Position numbers and translations under genes: made by a program
The notes under the pieces: model-generated
What the model was told of the DNA's origin: nothing
What the model saw: the letters and a program-made list of their open reading frames with translations, nothing else
Databases searched by the model: none
Source of the DNA: Lama glama
Taxonomy: Eukaryota
DNA length: 64,000 nt
Direction of reading: 5' to 3'
Assembly (NCBI GenBank): GCA_028534125.1
Contig: CM052823.1
Span: 3,348,001 to 3,412,000, forward strand
Shown here: positions 1 through 11,940 of the stretch, piece after piece
Numbering within the stretch: the stretch's first letter is position 1
Layout: every line of letters begins with the position of its first letter

Positions 1-1130
1 TTGGGTGATGCACGACACCAGGATGGCACCTGCTCTGGTGACAGATGCACCTGGTTTGCCAGCATGTCACCCCTAAAGTCAGCACGTCCCTCTGGAAAGC
101 TCTCTGGGAAGATTTGGGAAAGAGAAGGCCAGCGTGCTTTGACACCATCTTCCTACTGACCCATTGGCTCCACTCCAAACACACATGAATTTTAAAATCT
201 TAATGAGAATTGCATCAACATTGATTTTCATAAAAACGTGTTTTTCAGANNNNNNNNNNNNNNNNNNNNNNNNNNNNNNNNNNNNNNNNNNNNNNNNNNN
301 NNNNNNNNNNNNNNNNNNNNNNNNNNNNNNNNNNNNNNNNNNNNNNNNNNNNNNNNNNNNNNNNNNNNNNNNNNNNNNNNNAAAATCTGAATGAAGATTT
401 GATTCCTCAACACGTTCTGTCTCCATCAGATCTCACTGTCTGGAGCGGCTGCCACTGTCAATTTCATCCCATGGCCGCCATGTCTACAATGTTCTAGTTC
501 CCCAGGTCAAATGTGGCAGCTGACACATTGTCAAGAAAATTGGATTCTCCCGCCAATTTGTAGTCAATGGAACATGCTTTGCTTTGTTCTGTGCCATTTC
601 AGTTGTTTTTTGTTTTATTTTGCGTTGATTATTTTTACTGCTCTTATTTAATACAGATGGGATGGATCACTGATAGCCTGTCTTCACTGGATAACCCACG
701 AGGATATTGAGAACACTGCTGGGCAGGGGGATGGGAAGATGGAGAGACAGGGGTAAACAAAGAGAGAATGAGAAGCTTCAGCCTTTCAAACAGTCGAGGG
801 CAAACTCTTTCCTTATCCGCAAGGTCAGAGGACCTTCAGGGAAAAAGTGGTAGAGGCAGAATGCCTTTGGAATCAATGGCCAAACAGAAAGGTGACTGAA
901 GAGGGTCCAAGGTCAGAACTAAAGCAGCTCAGCACGGACACCCGCCTTCAAGTGCCCAGGTGACCCACATCACAAATCGAGCTGGGGTTCTCTGCTCAGC
1001 ATCCATCCTCGTCCACTGGAGAACGGTGTAGACACCCACAGCTACGCCATCCGGTCTTGATCATGGGAGAGGCGTAGACCCTGAGCTTGCCACTGGGTCC
1101 CAGAAGCCATCCCAGGCAGGATTTGATACT

Positions 1131-1199
1131 CAAACAAAAGTTGCCTTTGTGTGATTCAACATAAATAAAGCGAATTCACCAAGGGCAACCTCTGCTCAA
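1131..1199 (-). ncRNA. MIR377: pre-miR-377
   Basis: 3p AUCACACAAAGGCAACUUUUGU at 1134-1155; 5p AGAGGUUGCCCUUGGUGAAUUC at 1172-1193. Confidence 0.97.
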
Positions 1200-1814
1200 G
1201 GCTCAAACTTCAGCAGGGCAAGAGCACGGACAAGATGCCTCTTCACCAAAGGCGGCATCACCTCCAGGGTCTAGCTGCGCATGTCGCCCTGGGCGGGGGC
1301 AGGGGTGCTGATGCCAACTCCTGTCTCTGGAGAGGCTAGCACTACATCCAAGGAGCCCCTTGTGTGTGATTGGAACACGTTCTTTTTCATAAGGGAGGGA
1401 ATCATGCGCCAGCTCAAGTGGCACCCGGGATCGTCCCCTGAGCTGGCCAGACGTGGCTGGTTGGGTGGGGTCACGAGCACACACATCACAAGTCAAGTTC
1501 ATGCTTAGGGCAGCGAATGCTCCCTTACCCTGGAGAGGCGCAGACACTGAGGTCCCATCCCAAGGCGGGTGTCTCCTCCGGGGAGTCCCTGAGCTGGATT
1601 CAGCGCAGAGAAGGGAGCGGCCGTTAACGTAAGTGTTTTGACCACAGCAGTGTCCACCAGCTCCAAGCCTGCGGGGTCCCTGACCTGAAGACCAGTGACT
1701 CCTCTTCCGAGGTGGGGGTCTGCGTCATCAGGAAGACACAGCTGGTCCTTCATTCACTCTTCCTGCCAGGAGGTCTCAAAGAGGGCATTCGATAAAGAAA
1801 GGATGTCACCAGCC

Positions 1815-1960
1815 TCTATTCATTCAGCATCTCATCCACCTGCGTAGCTAGGGACACAGTAGGCAGACCAGACAGACTCTGCCCCCAGGGAGCTCGCAGT
1901 CTAGTGGAGGGGAGCGAGCAAGGAGGGTCTGTGATGTGACAGCAACGTCGTAACATCACC
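1815..1960 (-). mobile_element. L2 LINE 3' fragment
   Basis: attcattca tail followed by 'ctctgcccccagggagctcgcagtctagtgg', typical of the L2 3' end. Confidence 0.6.
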
Positions 1961-1989
1961 AGTCGCCTCAAAAGCCGATGCGTTTCTGC

Positions 1990-2142
1990 TTCACTATGTG
2001 CCCGATTCTGTCCAAACGCTTGGCATGTTACTGAGTTTTTAGACCTACCCTGAGTCAGCATTAACCCCATTTTATGGATGAATAAACTGAGGCACAGAGA
2101 GGTGGCAGGTTAAGTCACCTGCCCAAGGTCACACAGCTAGCA
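1990..2142 (-). mobile_element. MIR SINE
   Basis: Core 'ccccattttatggatgaataaactgaggcacagaga...cctgcccaaggtcacacagctag'. Confidence 0.9.
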
Positions 2143-2642
2143 GACATAATGTAATAATAAAAGCCATCACCATGGAAACCTGTCTTCAAAGACCACAGAT
2201 TCTCCCTGCCGAGGAAACCCTCTCCCCACCCCACAATGCACCACTGCCTCCCCTTTGCCGGCTTTCATTCCCAGAGGTCACCCTGAGGTGGTAACACATA
2301 CATAAGTGTGTGCCTTCCATTCGACCAGCCTGTTGGGATGGCACAGACGTCCCTGACTACACTTCAGTAACCATATACATGCGAAAAAAAAGTCCCTTCC
2401 CCTACAAAGTGCCTCATACCCAAGAGGACTCCTCCTTAAGCAGAGGCTGGCCGGCACGCTTGCTCCCCAGTGGGTCTTCAAGGAAGGGAGGAAAACGACG
2501 GTCACCTAAAAGGTCAGCATCGCCCCCGGGAGCTCTGGGCCCGGCGGCGCGGGCCACATACCAAGCACTTACGATCCATTTCCTTACCCTGGATGGGCGC
2601 CGGCCGAGACCTTCCCTTGTGACGTTTTCCCAAGAAGAATTT

Positions 2643-2721
2643 AGTACTGAAAGGAGATTGGCCATGTAATACTCATCATAAATAAAATGAACACACCATG
2701 GACAACCTCCATTCAAGTACC
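2643..2721 (-). ncRNA. MIR496: pre-miR-496
   Basis: UGAGUAUUACAUGGCCAAUCUC at 2654-2675. Confidence 0.96.
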
Positions 2722-3140
2722 CGACCAGGGTGCTGGCTTCTGGCGTGTCCCAGACATCAGGCCTAGGGACGGATGGGATACCGAGAGTGAAGATGCTGGC
2801 AACACACACAGGCAGTGAAACAAGTGTGGACCCTGGTGTCCCTTCCAGGAAGCCATTCAGGAGGGACACGCTGCAACCAAGAGGAGCAGGGCATCGTGTC
2901 CTACACAAAGAGAGCGCCGCCGGATGACCTCCCATCAAACATGTCGTGGATCTACAGTGAAAGGACTGCCTCTTCAGGGAGGCTGGCATCACGGGCCAGC
3001 AGTACCCCTCAAGGTGGCTGACACACGGAGGTGAGTGAACACAGGTGACACACACATGGGGAGGCATGCACATGCTCAGCTCAGCCATCCGTCCAGGTGT
3101 GCATTCAATGACTGGCTCCTGGGTGCTGTAGGGCCAGATC

Positions 3141-3224
3141 TGATACCTAAAAAAAGGTCAACCATGTATGATTCGTCCAAAAAATCAAGCGAATGCACCA
3201 TGGGAGACCTCTCTTCAAGTACCA
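3141..3224 (-). ncRNA. MIR154B: pre-miR-154b-like (ruminant nomenclature)
   Basis: 5p AGAGGUCUCCCAUGGUGCAUUCG at 3190-3212; 3p AAUCAUACAUGGUUGACCUUUU; family flanks; lies between miR-154 and miR-496. Confidence 0.85.
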
Positions 3225-3470
3225 CCAAGTAGCTCTGGTAAGACAAGCCCCACTTCTTCCTTCACGGCGGCACTGCCTCCAGGAACCTTCCCGTGGATGG
3301 TCACACGCGGAGGGTGAGGACACGGCTCAGAGCATCAGGAAGACGAGTGCTCTGCCGTCCAGCTTGGTCCACAGTCCCCCAACTCACCCCGCAAAGGAGC
3401 CGACACCAAGGTTCTGCCCTGAAGTGGGCCTCCGCCCCAGGAAGCCCCCTTCATCCCCCAAGGTGGGATT

Positions 3471-3548
3471 TGGTACTGAAAAATAGGTGAACCGTGTATG
3501 ATTCATTACAAACAAAGTGAAGGCTGCACGGATAACCTATCTTCAAGT
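3471..3548 (-). ncRNA. MIR154: pre-miR-154(a)
   Basis: 5p UAGGUUAUCCGUGCAGCCUUCA at 3518-3539; 3p AAUCAUACACGGUUCACCUAUU at 3482-3503; both seeds intact. Confidence 0.93.
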
Positions 3549-4099
3549 CCCCTAGATGAGCACTGACCAGGTGCCAGTGCCTCGTCTTCAAAGCTGCCTC
3601 CTCCAGGAAGTCTCCCTAGGGACAGAAGGAACACTGAGTGTTAGCAGACCGACAGAGAGGGCTGAGTGCGAAAGTATATACCTAGCAAGTTCAACCATCC
3701 CATCCTAGAGCCTCAAGCAGCCTAACGTCAACGCCTTTGCCTGCTTGGCAGAGTATCTAAGAAGCACTTCCAAGGAGGTTCCATGTGGAGAGGTCAAATG
3801 CGTAAGAATTCATTATTTATCGTAGCAGGGAACATTTCTTCATTTCATATTAGCAGCAAAACTAATGGCAGTGATCCTTTCCTCACTTATGTCTTGTGTC
3901 CAGGAAACGCTCTGAAGCTAGAGTTCACTCCAAAGCTGACTTTGCAATATTGCTCATAAAGAAAATGCCGGCAGGGAACTGAAACTTCATTATCTCGTGG
4001 CGTGGCACTGACCTCAGAACTGTGGCTTCATCTCCAAAGGCAGGCATAACATCCAAGACGTCTCCCTAAGGGTAAATTGCATGCTTTGGGTTAGGAGTC

Positions 4100-6300
4100 C
4101 AGCAGACATACGCTTAAAATAAATTCTCCATTGTTAAAAAAGTTTACATACCTAGCAAATGGTACCAACTCCACGTCTGTCCCAGAAGAAGACACGACAA
4201 CGAGGCATCCTGCCAAGATGGGAGATGACACTGAGAAGGCGGAATGTGGGTATGATTTATGTTAAAGAGACAAATGCAGAATGCAGACGACAATGGAGAG
4301 TCTTCCATACAAAGATGGCAGCGTGGGGCCAGGTCACAGATTTTTTCCTCCTCCAGTATCTTATGAAATAATAAATGGCCATTCAAGCCAAGCCAAGACC
4401 AGCACATAGAAATAATAGAAGAAGACATTCTTGGAATGAAAGAACAACTAACTTGAGTGATCAAGATGGGATAATATGACTCAGAAAAACGGCTACAGAA
4501 AAGCAATGACTGAGCCAGATCCTGGTAAAGAGCTACCAGAGAACCCCCTCCTCCACAAACACAGGGAAGCCAGGGACGAACTGCAACCACAGCCAGAATC
4601 GGCTGATAAACAAACACACGGCTGCAGGGAATGAAAGAAAGGAAGACCCTTGGCTGCCAACGAAGAGAGAATTGAACTCACGGCAACAAGTTTGCCAGCG
4701 GCCACCAGGGGACATAAGGGATGCTGAACTAGAGACTTTTGAGAGTCTGTGGCCTCAATGTCCAAACAGGAACAGGAGATGTGACATTGGGCCCAAGAGA
4801 GGTGGGAAACTGGAAAGGACAGGAGAACGGAAAAACTCTATATGGGCCCAGAGAAATGACAAGAGCGTTTGTTTCTGCCCAGGATGTGGGTAGATGAGTT
4901 CCCCCGGGAGAAACCAAGCTCCAGGATGCGGTGAGGATTAATACTTGTCAAAAGGCATAAGAATCCTTACGCCGACAGACAAATAGCAGAGCTGGTCCCA
5001 ACGGATGGAAGCCTTGGGGCGCCAGACAGAGCCACATGTGGAACCGCACGCTGCGAAGGGAACAGCCCTCGCCGGTGATACCCTCACAATGAAGGTGACA
5101 AACCCCATGAAGGGAAGCACCATCGTGAGCCGAAAGGCTCAGTCAGGAGTAGCTCGTGTGCCCCCAGAACTGAGGGAAACCAGCAATGAGAACCATTAAA
5201 GTGACTCATTAAAAAGAACTGGAAATCACAGGGCCAAATAAAAGAGTACGAAAAACAATAGGCAGGTGAGTAAACGTGCAAGAGCACTGCTCAGACGTTC
5301 TCAGAGATGGAAGATCTCAAGGAATACAGTGCCCCAAATCTCTCCAACAAAGTCTGTGGCAGTCCACTAGACGATGGAGTCCAGCTAAGCGAGAGGCATG
5401 TGGATGAGCCACATCAAAGAGCTGACGAAACATTCAACACAGGAGACAATGGAGCTGCAGCCACCAAGCTCTAGGGGGGGAAAAGCAGGCTGAGAACTTT
5501 ATACCTAGCTAAGCTGTCTCGTGTTTAAAAACAAGAGGCAGGTAGTCCCACAGGTACAAGTGTCCATGAGCCATTCTTGAAGAAACAAGTATAAAATCAT
5601 CCTGCTGAGATACGAATTAACATGCAAAGCTCAGGAACAGAGACAGTTTAGTTTAACGGGGAAAAAAAACCTAGCGGTCAGTAACGAAGCCATTTAAATA
5701 TCCACCTGTGATGAATCGCCTGCAAGACTCGTGGTTACAGACCAAAATGCAAGTATTTATGATGAAAACATTATATTGTACAGTAGAACTACAAAGCAAG
5801 CAGGAGGTGGCGCTGATTTCCTTATCTTTCAGAACCTCACGTGCCATGAAAACAGGTTAAAATACGTAATGATCCCAACTACCTCATGTTTTACACAATA
5901 ATTTTTCTTAATTTGACAGGAATCTTTTAAGAAATAGTACTTCTTGCAGAAGAGCAGAAAACAGCTATCAGTTCTTTCCAGGCTTCTTCAGCTCACTCTT
6001 TACGTTACATTCAAATAAAACTATAGTTAACATTTTTAACAAAAAGATTAAGTACAACGTGATCCCACATTTGTAAAATATCTGTCTCTTCTGTCTCTCT
6101 ACCTTTCTACTTGGATACCTGCTCGGACACTTATTTGGAAATTTCTGAAACCCTGACAGGTATTCCTGGGTGCTCAGAGACTGGGTAATTGTCTCCCCTT
6201 TTATTTACATTTTCTCACATTGCTTGAATTTTTATCGTAAGTGTGTGTCATTTTTATAAATCTGGTAATAAAGTAAAATAATTTTTTTTACAAGAAAAAG
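4100..6300 (+). mobile_element. Ancient L1ME/HAL1-like remnant interrupting the miRNA lattice
   Basis: A-rich plus strand, ORF1 C-terminal-like 'gaactttatacctagctaagctgtc' near 5494, L1ME-like 3' end at 6040-6300, no lattice motif. Confidence 0.55.
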
Positions 6301-6752
6301 AGAAATCGAAAATAGAACTGCCGTCTGTCTTCCAACGTGGTAGGGCTTCCAGGCTGACAGATGCAGTGAGTCCCCCATTCACTTGGCCCAGAAGAGAAGC
6401 TGAAACCATTGCCCCTTCCCTGACTGCCAGCATGTCCATGAAGCCCTCCCTCCAAGCTAGGAGATAATGCTGAAGGAGAAGGGAACTGTCTATTTTTTTT
6501 TTGAGAAAAACAAAAACCCCAGTTACAACATAGACACCCCTATTTCCCTGGTCACTTAGGGTCTTAAACCTAAATCATATGTTTCTTCCCCCAGACTGGC
6601 GAGGTCTTCCGTGAACAGCGTGAACAGGTGCCAGTGGCACCTGTCCGTGAGTTCCAGGGCCAACCACAGAGTCAAATCCATTGGCCTGGAACCAACATGG
6701 GGGTGTCTTCCCCGAAATCCCCATCAGCTCCAAGAAGACGCCTGGTGAGATG

Positions 6753-6834
6753 TGATACCGAAAAGAGATCGACCGTGTATTGGGCATCATTAAATAATGC
6801 GAACTCACCACGGACAACCTCCCTCCGAGTACCA
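6753..6834 (-). ncRNA. MIR323B: pre-miR-323b (miR-453)
   Basis: 5p AGGUUGUCCGUGGUGAGUUCGCA at 6798-6820; 3p CCCAAUACACGGUCGAUCUCUU at 6763-6784. Confidence 0.96.
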
Positions 6835-7557
6835 TGCGGTGGCACTGCTCGTGGCTTCCCTGCATCCGCAGTCTGGGCAGCTTGAGAGTGGCCTCTGAGG
6901 TGGACGGGACACTGAGGATGAGTGGACCGACTGCATCAGTCCCCACGTCAAACCCATGCTCCCTGGCTCACCAACCCAGAACAGCGCGGACAGGAATGCC
7001 ACTTCCTGCAGGTGGCTGGCCATGCAAGCACCACTTGCTGACGCAAGGGAGTCGGCCACACTGAGGCATCATACACAAAGCAAAGAGCTCTTGACAGAAC
7101 ACACGTTTGCAGGTAAAGCACTGGCCCCTGGGTAAACCTGGGCTCACCCTGGAGGAGCTCCCTGGAGGCTGTGAGGCTGAGGTGGGTTAGTAACCCGGGG
7201 TCACACGGGACCCGCCTACTGTTCTTCCCTACATCCCACGAGCTGACTGGTGAGAGGCTTCTAGATGCCCCTTCTAGGTTGGACTCCATAGTTAAAAAGA
7301 AAAAAAAAATAGAAAAGAAAAGCTAGCCATGTGTATTTCAGTGTTAATGTTTTAAAGCTGGGGCGCTCTGACAGCCGCTCTCGCGCGCCCTGCGGTTGGC
7401 AGTGTGCCAGGAGGTCGCCCCAGGCTCAGCTTGGACCCCGGGGTTAGTGCGTCAGTAACAAGCGTCCTCAGGAAAGTGCTGGCTGTGGGCTCAGCCGTCC
7501 AGGCACCTACCTTGGCAGCAGCATTGGCCCAGGAAGCCCTCCGAGGCAGAATTTGAC

Positions 7558-7630
7558 ACTAAAAGAGAGGAGAGCCGTGTATGACTCGCTTTGATGAATC
7601 GAATTCATCACGGCCAGCCTCTCTCCAAGT
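7558..7630 (-). ncRNA. MIR485: pre-miR-485
   Basis: 5p AGAGGCUGGCCGUGAUGAAUUC at 7601-7622; 3p GUCAUACACGGCUCUCCUCUCU at 7564-7585. Confidence 0.98.
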
Positions 7631-7710
7631 ACCATAAGTGAACACTTGTGGGAAATCCACTGCCTGTCCCGCGAGGCGGCCGCCCTGTAAGAAGGGGTGG
7701 AACAATATTG

Positions 7711-7771
7711 GGTAGTGGGCCGAGTGACATACTAGCTCATTCATTGCATGCTCACCCGAGACGCACTTACC
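7711..7771 (-). ncRNA. MIR668: pre-miR-668 orthologue with a 5-nt deletion in the 3p arm
   Basis: GGUAAGUGCGUCUCGGGUGAGCAUG...UGUCACUCGGCCCACUACC; one CUCGG unit missing relative to the human sequence as I recall it; syntenic position. Confidence 0.85.
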
Positions 7772-8289
7772 CTAAGTGGGGGGGGAGGCGGGTCCCGCTG
7801 GTCCTCCTGGGCCAGGAGGGGTGCCGTCCTAGAGCCTTCATCACGTGAGCGCATCGTGTCGCCCCTTGGGTCCTACGACAGAGCAGCACTGCCCTGAGGA
7901 CCATGGCCACTTCCCAAGGCGGGCATCCTCTCCACGGACCCTCCTGTGGAGAGACAGATGCGGGGGGTTAGAGGACGGGGAGGTCGTGTCTGATCAATAA
8001 GCACCTACTCAGCGACCAGGCACACCCCTTGGAGGGGAGCTGGCCCTCTGGCTTCAGGTTCCTCCCTGGAAGGCAATGACCTGTCTCAGGAACACTTCAA
8101 GGAGGCTGCGGTAGTGAGAAGGGTGGACCACCCGACGATGCGTCATCACATTTTAAGCAAACACGCCCCACTCCGCCCCCCGACCCCAACTGTCCGCATC
8201 CACAGAGCGGCCACCCCCCCAAGTCCATCGCCGCCTCCCAAAGTTGGCAGGGCTGCTTCCAAGTCTTCCGGGCAGGTGGGGTGGGTGCT

Positions 8290-8362
8290 GAGGGTTGGTG
8301 ACTAGGTGGCCCATAGGGTGAACAGAGTGCTTGCCCCTCTGGTCAACCTGTCACACACCCTG
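8290..8362 (-). ncRNA. MIR134: pre-miR-134 with a seed substitution
   Basis: 5p UGUGACAGGUUGACCAGAGGGG at 8334-8355 (21/22 to canonical); 3p CCUAUGGGCCACCUAGUCACCAA. Confidence 0.95.
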
Positions 8363-8649
8363 GATGGTGCTGACACCAGCATCTCTTCCGGAAGTTGGTC
8401 TCTGTCCAAAGTCTTGTCAGGTGACCCTGGTGACAGAACCACAGCCATTCCCCAGAGGTGGCGTGGCCCACAGGAAGGCCTCCTCCAGGAGGAGGGCGCT
8501 CAGGTCAGTGGACCGGATGACTTACAGCTAGGTCAAGCCCGTGGCCCTGGCCAGCCACCCTTCTCGTCTTCTCCACGTGGCTCTGAACACAAAGACTTCT
8601 TCCCTGAAGCTGCCATTGTGTCTGGGAAGTGCTTAGAGGCAGTATTTGG

Positions 8650-8725
8650 TACTGAAAAAATTGTTGTCCGTGAATGATTCGTCATAAGTAAAGCGAATCC
8701 ACCACGAACAACTTCTCTTCAAGTA
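8650..8725 (-). ncRNA. MIR382: pre-miR-382
   Basis: 5p GAAGUUGUUCGUGGUGGAUUCG at 8694-8715. Confidence 0.97.
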
Positions 8726-9199
8726 CCACAGACAAGCAGAGACAAGACAGACAAGGGGCCCTCTTCCACTTGGCCGATGGCTGCGGTCTCCTCCAGCCTC
8801 CGTCCTGTGGGCAGATTGGACACCGAGCATTAGTGAGATGGACGACGTGTGTCCTGAGAACACGCTGGAACGTGGGGGGCTGTCCACTCACCTCCCCTGG
8901 AGTGGTGCTGACACAGAGCCCCCTTCCTGCAGACGCAATTGCATTCCTGAGTCCTCAGGGCCAGGGATTAGGAACAGGAAGAGGGGGCCACGCGCTGCGC
9001 ATCACAAGACGAACTCGTCACAGGGCAGGAACTCTCCACGTGTGCGTGGACCCCAAGGTTTCTGAGCGGGGACCTCGGACTTCCCGACGGGGCACACTCG
9101 CACCTCCATCAGGCACAGTGAGGCACTGGCCAAGCTCCTCTGTGACTGGTGGGATCCACCAGACCCGGGGTACTCACGGAGAGTCAGCCCAGCCCAGGC

Positions 9200-10695
9200 C
9201 CTCAGGGTGATCTGAGGGAGGCTCCCCCAAACTCTTCACGATCCCAGGAGACCCCAATCCCTCCCCACCCTCTCCTTTTCACCACCCATCTCCCCTGGGG
9301 AAGCCCCCAAGAAAGCAATTCTAAGAAGGGTGACATCACAAGTCACTCACCCACCTTCTCCCCTACAACCTCAGACCAGCAGGACCACATTCCACTCCCC
9401 GCATTCACCACTGAAAGGCCCTGAGCCTCACACCCCAAGGCTCAATGTCAGAACCCATCTCCCACCCTGCCTCCGTGCCGCACAGCCCCTCCACAGCACA
9501 TCTGGCCCAGGGCCGTCACCATGTGCTCCACCTTCCACCCCCGGAGGGACGTCTGTCCTCTCATTTCCTGCACCAAAGCCTGGCAGTGGGTAGACGGCGT
9601 CCCTGCTCATCGCGCCAGACCGTTTTCCCTCTCTCTTCCTTTCAAAATGTCAGTTCTTTCCAGCATATTCATCAGACCTCACTGCCCACTCCCTGGTCAC
9701 GGCCACCTACCTCGGTCCTCCCTGACAGCTCTGGGTCACCATCTTCCTCCTGGAACATCTCCTGCTTTCCACCTTGGCAATGACCACTTATCAACACTAG
9801 ACCCAGCTCCTCCACGTAGGCCTGGGGACGGCCTCACCTCCAGTTACGTCTGCCTGCATCCTACCTGGCCCTTCAGCCCCACGGTCACAGCCTCAGCTTG
9901 GATCTTGGCAATACTGGTCATGACACCTTCTCCCAAAGTTCAACTCTGTCTAGAATCCCCACTCAGCGATGATCACACCTGCAGAACCTCTGGTTCATCG
10001 CCTGCCCCACCTTCTCCCTCCTGACCCTGGCTGGGCTCATCCAGTCCATCCCTGGATGGGTGCTGCCTCCACCTTCGGGACATCCCACGTGCTCCGTGGC
10101 TCCTGCCTCTGCGGGGGCCCCCATCCTAGCCTGAGCTCCCTACATCTATGCAACAGCCCCCACGCGGGCTCTTGATTGTCACCCTTGTGCTCAGAGAGAG
10201 ACCTCTTCAACACAGGCCCCGCCTCCCTCCCTCTGAATAAAGCCCGCGTGCGCCCCACCTCTGAGGGGGCCTCTCTCACCCCATAGTTCGGTCCACACCC
10301 GCAGAGCTTCTCGCCTTTTCTCAAAGACGCCAGGTGGCTTTCGTGTGCCACACCTCCTGAAACGCTCCAGCTGACCCAGCCCCCACGTGGCTCCCAAGTC
10401 CCCTTCCCAGAGACCTTCCCAGGCCCCGCGCTGAACAGAAACGCCCGCTCCGCAGGGGCCTCTTCCTCACACGCTGCTCTGCTGTCCTTTGCTTCAGAGC
10501 ACCTAACAGTGGGCCAGACTGTTTCACGGTTTGGTTTTCTTGTCCATCTCTCCCACCAGATTGTCAAGTCTATGTGGGCAAGGACTTGACCTTGCTCACT
10601 GCTCCACCCTCAGTTTAGAGGAAACAGCTGAGGTCTAGAAGCATCTAGAACATAGTACACACTCGATCATTGTTTGTGAAATGACTGAGTCACTC
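9200..10695 (+). mobile_element. L2 LINE remnant
   Basis: C/T-rich strand ending in the L2 3' signature 'gtgggcaaggact...ttgctcactgct...ctagaacatagtacacactc...tgtttgtgaaatgactga'; 5' limit uncertain. Confidence 0.7.
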
Positions 10696-11417
10696 CTCGT
10701 TGATTGATCAATTCAGGGACAGTTCATTAGCAGTGTGGTCACACCAGTAACAAGATGATCTGATAATGTCAAGAAAGAGCCCTGTTGAAAAAGCATCAGG
10801 TGCAAAGCAGTTGTTCCTTCCCCACAGCAATTCTCAAAGGGGCTGGGTCTTGCGGGGCCGGGAGCCAAGTGAGGCTCGTCAGAGACACAGAGTAGACTCT
10901 GCTCCGCTAAAACTCTCCATGCACCCTGGGAAGATGCGATGCCCGCAGGTCTCCCTGAGGTTGGCAGTGCTTCCAGAAAGCCTTCCTGGGCAAGAGCGGA
11001 CAAGCAGAAAGTCCTTCCTGGAGCAAACGCAGTCGGGACGACCAACTCGGTGTCGCCGGCGTCGCCACTGGGCCCTCGCGTTCGCACGCTCCCCGGGACT
11101 CCTTCTTCAAAAGGAGGGGCTTCACTCGCAACAGGCGGCGGGCGGTCTGTGTGCGCGGGGCTCTCACTGGTCAGCCCCTCAGGACGCTGTGAGGCAGATA
11201 CCGGCATTCCTTCCGGAAGATCCCAGCCCTCCTGGGCAATCGCCTTCCACATTGATCAGCTTCTAGTCACGGGTGCCACCAGTGAGTGCCATGTGTCACG
11301 AAGGACGCATGTGCGCTGGGCTCCGCCATCCACGTACATACCTTGGGTGGGTACAAAAACCAAGACCTCCTCTCTGAAGGCTGGACACTGTCCAGGATGC
11401 CCTCCACAGCAGTATTT

Positions 11418-11497
11418 GATACTGAAAAACTGGATGTCCCTGTATGATTCGTCATAAATACAGCGAACACAGCAGGGATAACCACTCTTCAAGTACC
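11418..11497 (-). ncRNA. MIR487A: pre-miR-487a
   Basis: 3p AAUCAUACAGGGACAUCCAGUU at 11428-11449. Confidence 0.97.
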
Positions 11498-11877
11498 GAA
11501 GGCTTATGCTGAGGAACCAAGTCTTCTCCAGAGCCGGCCTTGCCTCCAGCTAGTCCTCCTGAGGACGAACTGGGGACTGAGGGTTAGGAGAACTGGATGT
11601 TGCCCGTCGTAGATAAAGCCCACTGGCCAACCACGCATGTCAGTGCTCTCTGGCCAACCACGCATTCCTTCCCCTGGGAAGCAGCTGATGCCAACAGGTC
11701 TTCCCAGGAAGCTTCCGAGGCACGATCAAGACTTAAAAACACAAACTTTCCCTTATATGACTCAGCATAAATAGAGCCAACCCGGCAAGAAGATCTTTTG
11801 AAGGGCCAGGTACTAGCATGGACAAGGAATCACCGCCTCTTCTCCTGGAGTCTGTTCTGAGAAGTCACTGGATAGGC

Positions 11878-11940
11878 AGGGACTGTGGATCAGTTGACAT
11901 ACATCATTGATAAAATGTATGTTCTCTGATCAACCATCCA
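11878..11940 (-). ncRNA. MIR3959: pre-miR-3959 (bovine miR-411c)
   Basis: 5p GGUUGAUCAGAGAACAUACAUU at 11914-11935; 3p UGUAUGUCAACUGAUCCACAGU at 11882-11903. Confidence 0.9.

Noticed and set aside
250-381. First N gap as a hidden miRNA
   Set aside because: The flanks lack the lattice motif and I know of no conserved member expected this close after miR-377
8694-8715. Plus-strand miR-3578-type antisense miRNA
   Set aside because: It is simply the reverse complement of miR-382; no independent evidence
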